From NCBI RefSeq assembly GCF_006345805.1, contig NC_043005.1, positions 95,108,001 through 95,172,000 of the forward strand: a stretch of DNA of 64,000 bases, given 5' to 3'. Each line of letters opens with the position of its first letter. Position 1 is the first letter of the stretch. Below, in pieces: positions 54,373 through 64,000 of this stretch. This stretch comes from Octopus sinensis. Its lineage: Eukaryota. A program made the translations under genes and the position numbers. The notes below the pieces were generated by a model that made no database searches, had not been told where the DNA came from, and saw nothing but the letters and a program-made list of their open reading frames with translations.

Positions 54373-55739
54373 AAGAATACTTGACGACGGTACTGTGAGC
54401 ATGCGCACAACATTCAAACAGAAAAAGGTGTTATGAAAAAATCAAAGCAGTGACATAAATAAAAATAAATAATAATGAATAAACGTGCATCGGTTCAGGA
54501 ATTCAAGAATCTCGGAATTTTGTTTCGCTTTTTATTTTATTTTATTTTATTTTATTTTATTTTATTTATTTTCCTAGTAAAGTGGTTGAAAGCAGATTAA
54601 TAATTAAAATTGGGACCAACATTTATGGGAATGTACAAAATCTAATTTGGCTTACCTGAATTATCGAAATGTATAAGTAAACTGCTTCAAAATAGGTGAA
54701 TCGTGCAAGTCCTTTATTTATTTATTTATTCAAGACGGTGTTTTGGATTTTTATATTTTGAGCATCAGTGATTCAGATAACCGAAACAAGAAAGTCCACA
54801 TTGTTTTTTGTCCTCTTTCTCAGAAAATAAGAAAAAAAAGAAAAAAAAGGCGGTGTTGGGGAATGTTCATTTTGCACAAATTTCGAGAGTGTTCAAAACA
54901 TATAAATCCGAATGGTGAATGGTGTTTCGAAAAAAAAATTCTAAAAGATTGAACATGTGCACGTTTTACCTATTTTGAAGTATTTTGCTCTTTCGTTTCG
55001 GCGAATCAAACAAACCAAGACAGAATTTTACATTACCTATTATTTTGCTGGTTTCCAATTTTATTCCAAGTGAAATAAGCATCAGAGATGCTTTGCCCCA
55101 CATAGAAACTGCAGAAGCTACTCAGAGGTATTGGCTCTTCTGATGATTCCAGTACAATGTCAGAAACTCTTCCGTATCAACAGCACTGTTTTCATCCACT
55201 TTCATCATTATTTTCTTCCATCTCTCTCAATCTCGCTCCCCACTCCCTCTCTCTTTCTCTCTTTCTTTTTCATTCTATCTAACACACACTCCCTCTCTCT
55301 CCCTTCCCCTCTCTTTCTCTCACTCACAAGTCCCTTTCTCCCTCTCTGTCCCCCTTTTCTCCTCTATTTTGTTCTTCAGAAACAATGTAAACATTTTGGA
55401 GATGAAAAAAAGATACACCATTTAATTCGTTTATAATATGTTTTTATCTTTTCTTTTCTTTTCTAAGACTTTTTGGAATGAAGGGGGATGAAAGAGGGGG
55501 AAGAATCGTATGTGAAGAAAAATATATTGAAGCAAATCATATTTAGCGTTGAAGTTATATATTTTCATATAAATAACTATTTCATCAGCTTTCTTGAATG
55601 TTTTAAAATAATTTAATCGGAATTGATAATTTTATAGCGAAGCGTTTATATATATATTTTTAAAGATATTTTAATGAGCATACAAAGGCATGTATATGCA
55701 TGTGTTGTGTATTTATATTCCTGTGTTATTTATATAAAC

Positions 55740-55760
55740 GAGAGAGAGAGAGAGAGAGAG

Positions 55761-55802
<42 letters not shown>

Positions 55803-56084
55803 TGCACATTCAAGCCAGAAGCCGTTTATTCTCTTCATTTTCGTTTCCGTTTCATATATATGTATATATGTATGCGTGTATATTCGTATGTATGTGTGCG
55901 TGTGTGTGTATGTGTGCGTGTATTTGTAAAAATATTTATACATGCATATATAAATATATACACGCATTTATGTAATATGCATATATGAGTATATATACTA
56001 ATATATAAATATATATATATATATTTACATACGCATTTGTATACATGCATATGTATGTATATATGTATATACGCATGTATATAA

Positions 56085-56145
<61 letters not shown>

Positions 56146-56516
56146 CTTATATACATGCGTATATATATATACGTATGTATAATACTTATGTATATGTATA
56201 GATAAGTGTATATAAACATATATATACATGCGTAGATATAGATAAGCTCTATATAAATATGCGTATGTATTAGAAGGAAGATGGAAGGCATATAGATGTG
56301 TACGGATGTGTATGTTTCTGTGGTGATGGTCACATAATATAATATATGTGTGTATAATAAATATAAACTTATGTGTTCGATTTTATTGGATATGGTTTTC
56401 TAGTGAGTTTGAAAGATTTTATATGTATCTGCATGTTTGCGCATGCGTACATACCTGAGATGGTTTACGTACGTATACGCGTTGTATAAGTGCATATGTA
56501 TTTGTGTGTGTATGTA

Positions 56517-56580
<64 letters not shown>

Positions 56581-56928
56581 ATTATGCCCTTGTATATGAT
56601 CACAGAGAGTTTTAAAATTAAGAGCAAGTAGCTATCGTAGAAGAGTACTGTAAAAGTTTCTAGAACAGAAAACAAGACCATTGGGTGTCAACTATAGATT
56701 ATATCTCTAACACTGAACATTAGGTCATGTGAGGTACCTTTGTGTAGACACCAAGTTGGAAACAACACTACACTTACACATCATATATAGAATTAAATCC
56801 GTGGTCAGGGGATTAACGAACACCTGGCTGCATTCTACAGTACACTCACATATAAATAATACGCAGGAATCCAAAGTGATGGAGCAAAAGTTAAGAAAAT
56901 TGATTTATATGGAGTTCATATACTAATT

Positions 56929-56970
<42 letters not shown>

Positions 56971-56972
56971 TG

Positions 56973-57048
<76 letters not shown>

Positions 57049-57099
57049 TGTATGTATGTATATATGTATGTATATGTATATAAGTGTATATATATGTAT

Positions 57100-57145
<46 letters not shown>
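55740..57145. repeat. Compound (GA)/(GT)/(TA)/(TATG) microsatellite field downstream of the TPPP stop
   Basis: Directly visible; it explains the YIYI/HTHT ORFs. Similar fields occur at 29520-29760, 30080-30200 and 51294-51440. Confidence 0.97.
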
Positions 57146-57205
57146 TAACTTAGCCATAAATAATTTAAATAGTTAACGATCCACGGAGATTTTCAGTTCA
57201 TCGAT

Positions 57206-58477
57206 TTATCGAGGAGATTTCTCGGGGGAGATATCCTCTATCTTCTCAGAAGTACTACTGTCTCCTCCTGCTGGTGAAACTGGGGATTTCACTGGTGACT
57301 TGACAGGAATCATGCATGCTGGTTTCCCATTCTTCATTTCAAACGAGTTAATCGCTGGGGAAGTCTGAGGAGATTTATCAGTAATATTCATCACTGGAGA
57401 CTTTTCAGGGGAGCTTTGTGGTGAAGGACTCGACGAAGGTCCAGAAGAACTCATTGCTACGAAACTAGGAGATTTTTCTGGGCTAATGGAAATCATGCTA
57501 GGAGACTTTTCAGCACTTCTCGTTGGTATCATTGTTGGGGATTTTTCTGGGCTCTTTGTAGGGATTATACTCTGAGGTGCGTCTGGGCTTCTAGTTGGTA
57601 TCATAGACGGAGCCTTTTCTGGGCTCTTATTGGGAGATATACTTGGTGAAGAATCTGAGCTCTTTGTTGGGGCTTTAGTAGGAGACATATCAGGGCTCCT
57701 AGTTGGGATCATTGATGGAGCTTTATCGGCGCTCTTATTAGGAGATGTATTTGATAACACATTTGGAATTTTAGTTGGTGACTTGTTGGGAGATATATCA
57801 GGGCTTCTGCTTGGTATCATAGATTGTGCCTTTTCAGGGCTCAGAGTTGGTATTTCAGAGCTCTTAGGTTTCACATCGTTTGGAGATTTCTCTTGCCCAT
57901 CATTGGATATAACTGGCGATACTCCTGAATCTCGAATATAACCAGAATCTGATAAGTTTAAACCCTCAACAGGACCAGCAGGTATCTCTGGATTTAAGAT
58001 TGGAATTGGGCTTGGCAGTTTTTCTGGAATGGTTTCAGGAACAGGGCTCGGCGGCTGCGGAGAACGATTACCTGTAGGTAGTGAGTTTGGCGACTTTAAT
58101 GGACTTTTTACTGGTGCGAGTTCTGGCGATTTTGTACCTGTTTTAAGAGCAGACGAATTGAGTGACTTATCTGGGCTTTTGATTGGGGATTTTTCAGCTG
58201 CCTTTGCCTTCGTCTTGTCTTTCGATTTGTCCCCTAGTCTACCTTTATCAGGTGTATCTTTTGGCGTTCTTGTTCCTGTTTTAGTTGCAGTTTTCACAGG
58301 AGTTCCTTGGTTTTCTGACTTACCAGAACCTTTAAAACCAGTCACATATCCACTTTTATCAGTTCTATCAACACGTCCACTGGCTCCTTTACCTTTCCCA
58401 GAACTGTCAAATCTTTCCCGATGGGAACCCGTATATCGAGACGTATCGGTCAAATTCGAAACAATCTTTGGAGATTT
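57206..58477 (-). CDS. TPPP: TPPP/p25-alpha family gene, terminal coding exon: p25-alpha C-terminal motif plus long Ser/Pro/Lys-rich tail
   Basis: tttgcag acceptor, phase 0. [31 protein letters not shown] matches the TPPP signature LTDxxKxTGSHKERFDxxGKGKGxxGR (GxGxGxxGR at 58399-58373). The frame is open for 423 codons to TAA. Confidence 0.92.
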   Translation of the reverse strand, partial: KSPKIVSNLTDTSRYTGSHRERFDSSGKGKGASGRVDRTDKSGYVTGFKGSGKSENQGTPVKTATKTGTRTPKDTPDKGRLGDKSKDKTKAKAAEKSPIKSPDKSLNSSALKTGTKSPELAPVKSPLKSPNSLPTGNRSPQPPSPVPETIPEKLPSPIPILNPEIPAGPVEGLNLSDSGYIRDSGVSPVISNDGQEKSPNDVKPKSSEIPTLSPEKAQSMIPSRSPDISPNKSPTKIPNVLSNTSPNKSADKAPSMIPTRSPDMSPTKAPTKSSDSSPSISPNKSPEKAPSMIPTRSPDAPQSIIPTKSPEKSPTMIPTRSAEKSPSMISISPEKSPSFVAMSSSGPSSSPSPQSSPEKSPVMNITDKSPQTSPAINSFEMKNGKPACMIPVKSPVKSPVSPAGGDSSTSEKIEDISPEKSPR

Positions 58478-59253
58478 CTGCAAAGACAGATATTAATATA
58501 TCAATCAAAACTTTGAAAAGACAAAGATTTGTAAAACGTAGGGGCACAAGGGGAAAAGATTTATTGGAAAGAGTTTAGCTGTAAAATATTTTAAAAGAAA
58601 ACATACATAATTACACGTAATTTCATTCATTTCTCAATGATTTTACTTCAAGATTATTCTCTTAATACGATGAGAAAAAGCTATGATCATCTTTTAATGT
58701 CATTTGCTCACCTTCACAAATCCTAAGCCTTACACATAAGTACGAAATCTTTGTCATCCAGGATGTACAAAAATAATTGATAAAAAACAGGACCCTGATT
58801 CCTGATTGTTTTTCTTTGGTGTAAGCGACGAAGGAATCAAAATGGAAATGGGGACAATTTTTAGCAAAGCAGAAGACCATGCATTGTTCGACGGCGCAGC
58901 ATAGGATTTGAGTGAAATTTGAAACCATAAACTAGTGATTTGATTGCTTGTTTAAACGTTTTAGCTCGGCGCCTACTCTACGTCTAAATCCTTTGTATTT
59001 TTATACACAAATCATCAATGTAACAATTCGATCCAGTTACTGAGTGCTGTCGGTTCACAGGTAGATAAGTAAGTTTCTGTCGAATCATTTCTGGTACCCC
59101 GCTTTCGATTTTAGCTTAAACTGCAAGACTTAAACTGCAAGACATGAACGGTATGAATTCTTATTTTCTTTGTACCTGATGTTTATAAGATTAAATTAGT
59201 AACATTGCTACTTCATTGAAGATTGGGACTTTGGATTCGCTGGTGCCGTAATA

Positions 59254-59324
59254 CTGATAATAAAGACTGCTATTCCTGATAATAAAGACTGCTATTCCTG
59301 ATAATAAAGACTGCTATTCCTGAT
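59254..59324. repeat. 22-bp tandem repeat x3.2 in TPPP intron 2
   Basis: ctgataataaagactgctattc x3. Confidence 0.95.
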
Positions 59325-59511
59325 GCTTCCCAATCCTGGGTGGCCTTCCTTCTGCTGCAATTGTTTGGCGTTGAGTAACAAACTTTGCTTTCCATGTCAA
59401 CATAAGGAGGCTTTGCGACTGAGAGATGTTAAATGTTCCAAAGTCAATATGTATTGATAATTAATATAATACTGATAATATTTCTAATAATTAATATTCA
59501 GATAGACTAAG

Positions 59512-59722
59512 ACGGCGAACTGGCTGAATCGTTAGCACCCCAGGAGAAATGCTTAGCGGCATTTCGTCTGTATTTACGTCCCGAGTTCAAATTCTGTTGC
59601 AGTCGACTTTGCATTTCATCCTTTCTGGTCGATAAAATAAGTTCCAGTTGAACACTGGGATCTATATAATCGACTTATCCCCAACCCCGAAATTCTTGGC
59701 CTTGTGCCAAAATTAAAAACCA
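59512..59722 (+). mobile_element. SINE family A copy in TPPP intron 2
   Basis: Diverged head and core. Confidence 0.75.
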
Positions 59723-60419
59723 ATAATTAATATTTAGATAATCAATATAAAATACTTAAATGACTATTTGTATATTAATACATTTCCTCTTAATTATTTC
59801 ATTAAGGCCATATTTCCGAAACTGTTACGTTGTCGCTCTTCCAATAATCGCAGGGGATTTCAACAGCACTGCCCATAAGTGGCAACAACAAAAAAAAAAA
59901 AGAAGAGGAATAACAGGAAGTCGGATGAGTAGTAGGGTGGGATGCTATGATGCAAGTATATTATCGAAAGCTATACTTCAGTTATTTCAAGTTGCTACGG
60001 TTGAGTCACACTCCTTTCTCTGAACATTGCTCGCTAAAATTAGCAAGGCTAAAATGATGAGGTGATTTCGAACTTCCATGGTAGCCTTGATATGGAGGGC
60101 TGATATAATGGCGTTGAGTAACATACGGCAACAGCGTGTTGCACCAGTTAGCCTTCATGGTCTCTCAAACAAACAGTCAGAGCCAGCTTTATTTTTGTCA
60201 TGATCTGTACCGCAAGCAAATTTCCTTCTCTATCGACATTGCAATAAAATTAGTAAATAAGGAATGGAACCATTTCCTTTTAAATAAGGAAAGAATAATA
60301 TAGTCCTGACAGAAAGCGATGGTCAAATTTGGAATGCTTTTGATTATAGGTTTACACAAATATGTCTGTATGTATGTAAATGTATGTATGCATCTATATA
60401 TATATTATCTGTATATGTG

Positions 60420-60529
<110 letters not shown>

Positions 60530-60620
60530 TACCATACACACCTTATGTTTAAAATTAACTCTGTTACTAATTCTAAAAATAATTGAAAGAATAAAAGAGA
60601 CTCATGGCTTGGTTACGTAC

Positions 60621-60789
60621 AATTTCTTTAACTCCGGGAGTTCCTTTCTTGATCAACTCACGAAATTCATTGGTGTATTTCTCCACACTTTCATCCTCTC
60701 GGCTCAGTTTCGTATTCTTTGTCTTTACTTTCGCATATTCATAGGCGCAATCAGCGATGAATAAAGGGAATTTTGAAATATGCATGTAT
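60621..60789 (-). CDS. TPPP: TPPP/p25-alpha family gene, coding exon 2 (YMHISKF...GTPGVKEI)
   Basis: ttttgcag acceptor and gtacgt donor; 169 nt, phase 2 to 0, in frame with both neighbouring exons. Confidence 0.85.
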
Positions 60790-61568
60790 CTGCAAAAGAG
60801 AGGCGAAAGGAAAATGAATATGTAAGAGACATTACATTATGACAGCCTTTGCTTGTCCTCAGGGGCACTATTTTCTTTATTATATATATATTATATACGG
60901 TACAAAGTATAAAAAATATACGAGAGCGAGGTAAAAGAAAAAATAGGGTGTATCAGATTGATGCTCAGGAAAATTGAAAATAGTTTTTAACGTTTTGAGG
61001 AGAGAAAAAACAAAGAGAAAAGAACAAGCATGTCTCAGTTAGACTGTCGCCGCATGTTGAAATGACCGGATGTGGAAGAAGCAGGCTAGGGGTGTGGATG
61101 GCAAGAGAGACAGCCTTCCTGGATCTTATTGTGCACTCTTGTTAGCATATATTATATGGCATCACTGTATCACAGTATTACAGTATTGGCCAGGCCATCA
61201 GATGTTGTTACACACCGCTGGTCACAATGCGTTTCTAGTACTGTCTTGTTTGCGCCATTCTTTTCCATCTTGACCTAAACTGCTTGACCAAATCGTTTTC
61301 CCAACGTCGTGAAGGCCTTCCAACTAACCTTTTCTAACCTCCTGGATTATCTTTTATACACCGCTCTCATTCTGTCTGTCTATGTGTCTGTGTCCCTCTC
61401 TCCCTCCCTCTCTCTCACGCACACACACTCATGCACACAAATATATAATGCTGTGTACATTTATGTTTAACACACTCCATAGCAGTAGAATGAGTAAGAC
61501 ATTCGTTGCAGGGGCTTTGGCTGTGTGTGCAAAAACACCTCAAACCAGGTTGCAATGACGTCAATCGG

Positions 61569-61614
61569 TCAGTCAGACGCGTGTTTCGGCATGATTTTGC
61601 CTCTTCACTGACAG
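61569..61614 (-). ncRNA. Hammerhead-like motif, sense within TPPP intron 1
   Basis: CUGUCA-GUGAAGA-GGCA(AAAUCA)UGCC-GAAA-C(ACGC)G-UC-UGACUG. All elements are canonical except C3G. Confidence 0.5.
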
Positions 61615-62073
61615 ATACTGTTCCTGTCGTTCTTAGCGCTGTCCGAATTCCTGTTCCTATATGTAAAATCAGCAAAAAAGGCATTTATTGATATGCACTG
61701 AGTTTTTATTAAGATGTAATTAATTTATCATGGGTACACGAAGTAGCTACGCTCAGAATAAAGGTGTTTACTTATATAAATTACAACTTGGCATAGACTC
61801 AATCACAGCAGCAGATACAGAAATAGCAGCACCGATGAGTGTATGAACGACAAAAACAATGCATGTTAATTAAAGGGTGAAATCATGCCGGAAAATGTGT
61901 GCCCGACAGTTCACTTCATTCAGATCTCGGTTTGATGTGTTATTACACACGTCTATAAGGAGAAATCGTATTCCGAGACAAGAGGCTCGCATCGAATATC
62001 TTCCACGTACAGAAGTACATGTAAATGTACAGTTATTTTGACTGTCACTGCTCCATGTGTTTATAATAAAATC

Positions 62074-62173
<100 letters not shown>

Positions 62174-62343
62174 AGATACGTAGAATTCAAAGGTGTATAT
62201 GAAGACTCCAAGTTTTATATTGCAAAAGAAACAAGCCGTGTTTCACAATCACAGCATACGTGGTCTATTCCTCGCTACCACCCACGAACGGACCACACGT
62301 AATAATATTTACTATGTATGAATGGATGAAAGTATTTACTCAC

Positions 62344-62585
62344 TGTTTCCCCTTTTCTTTGTATTTTGGAAAGACACAGGCGTCAGCAATGGTTTGCACT
62401 TCCTTCGGTAGTGTCTTACGAACAAGCTTCCCGCAGGCTTTGCAGTTCATTTGCTTTAGTTCGTCAGGTGTCAATTTTTTGCCAACTGACGAAACACGAA
62501 CAAATTCCTTAAATACTTTATTCACTTCGGCATTTTCGTCTGGTTTTTTCTCCTCGGGAGAAACTGGAGATTCTTTGGTCGCCAT
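62344..62585 (-). CDS. TPPP: TPPP/p25-alpha family gene, coding exon 1 (MATKESP...FPKYKEKGK)
   Basis: ATG at 62585, 13 nt after a ctttcag acceptor (exon starts at 62598). The exon ends CA|gtgagt (phase 2). VNKVFKEF...MNCKACGKL...IADACVFPKYK aligns by eye to the p25-alpha N-half (LEEAFRRF...MHGKNWSKLC...DVDIVFSKIK). The symbol is family-level only. Confidence 0.85.
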
Positions 62586-63463
62586 GTTTTGTCTTTATCT
62601 GAAAGGTTAAAATAAATAAATATTGAGGTCAAAATATAAAATAACAAATGTATATATTTTTAAATATAAAACAGAACTAAAGCTTGTTTCGTAACATAAA
62701 AAAAAGAATCTGCTGGATTATATATATATAAGATTTTGACCCAAGCAAAGATGTCGATTTACAAAATTTTTAAAGGTAGAATATCACAGACCAGAGGGGA
62801 AAAAGACAACGATAGTGGGTTCTAAAGAGAGGTTCGTGGAAAGAAACTAATAGAATTAAAAAAAAACAACTTAGGACTAACAAAGTTGAACAGAAAAAGT
62901 ATGCACCCGGGAAGAGAAGCGGGTGACACATTTGACCGTCTTGACAGAAGACACTAGACCAGAAATATGTGAGTGTTATGTACCCCCAATGTTTTTTAGT
63001 TCAAATCCCTCTGAAGTTAACGTTGCAATTCTTTGATACGAGAGAGATTACAAAAGAAGCGTCCTTAAGTTAACATTGCCTATCATGCAACACATCGATT
63101 CGTTCATACTCTCTGGTCTCTGTGGACTGTTTCTGTTGCATGCAAATTAAGAAATGGTTGTTCGTTCTCAATTCAACTATTTCTCATTCCTTGAACAAAA
63201 AGGATACTCTGAGTTGCTCCTCATGACACTTCTCATGGTGCATTGTAGTCGATTCTGAGATAGAGAGAGAAAAGAGAGGGAGAAGAGTCACTCTCGTTAT
63301 TCGATCGATGCTATATTTATCGACCCCAGTTTTACGAAAGTCAAAGTAAACCTTGGTGAGGTTTGAAATCAGAAAGAGCAAAGAAATGCAGCTACTATTG
63401 CAATCCATTTGTCCGGCGCTATAACAATTCTGTCAATCGCCCAATCTGCCACCACCACCATCG

Positions 63464-63506
<43 letters not shown>

Positions 63507-64000
63507 GTCTTCTCTCATCTGCTTTCAGCGGGTTAAATATGCATCACTGTTATGCTGCCTGTGGTTATCAAATCCCACTATGTCCGACCAGCCACTATAG
63601 AAAAGACCGGAATTCAGATTACAAAGAGTTAGAACAAAAGTCTGGCACTCTAATGATTGCACTAATTCATCGCCTTAGACTGGTACTTTATTTATTGGGC
63701 CAACACCCTAATTCTACCAATTTGCTACCCTGCCACGAATATCCTGGAGAAACAGTCAAGCAAATATATCACGCCCGTAAAAATGTATGGGCTTATTTAT
63801 GCCAATGTTAGAAATATTTGGCACACGGCTACATGCCTGTCACTACTTTTAGTTGGTATGGAACAGAATATAATAGTCACTTTAATTAAGTCCAGTATTT
63901 GAATTGAAACTTATTTTATTGACGCTTTGGACTGAGGAAATCAAATGTGAAACTGATGTCGAGATTTGTTCTTAAGCGGTCACAACCATACACGTAAAGG

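Noticed and set aside
57630-58496. Plus-strand ORFs 57630-57941 and 58029-58496
   Set aside because: They are antisense shadows of the repetitive TPPP exon.
59254-59324. CRISPR-like repeat
   Set aside because: The units are contiguous with no spacers and lie in a eukaryotic intron.

Overview
AT-rich eukaryotic genomic DNA, very dense in microsatellites and SINEs. The repeat content suggests a coleoid cephalopod, probably Octopus (inference). There are two host genes, both on the minus strand. (1) A TPPP/p25-alpha family gene has three phase-compatible coding exons (62585-62344, 60789-60621, 58477-57206; 560 aa). Its p25-alpha domain is followed by an unusual tail of about 370 aa rich in KSP/SPxK motifs. 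(2) A chain of exons at 3.2-8.3 kb encodes an unidentified Cys-rich extracellular-looking protein with an EB/EGF-like module, and one exon carries an in-frame TGA. The rest is mostly mobile DNA: two tandem Tx1 (L1-clade) LINEs embedded in (ATCT)n arrays, RTE, CR1 and RLE-type LINE fragments, a mariner relic, several MITEs, a Helitron-like element and many tRNA-derived SINEs. The strongest leads are five minimal hammerhead-ribozyme-like motifs, apparent (ATCT)n targeting by the Tx1 family, an in-frame TAG shared by both diverged Tx1 copies, and the neurofilament-like TPPP tail. Two of the hammerhead motifs lie in a ~470-bp palindrome with back-to-back tRNA-like Pol III heads, and one lies in sense orientation in a TPPP intron. 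All alignments, folds and counts were done by eye; no database search was run.
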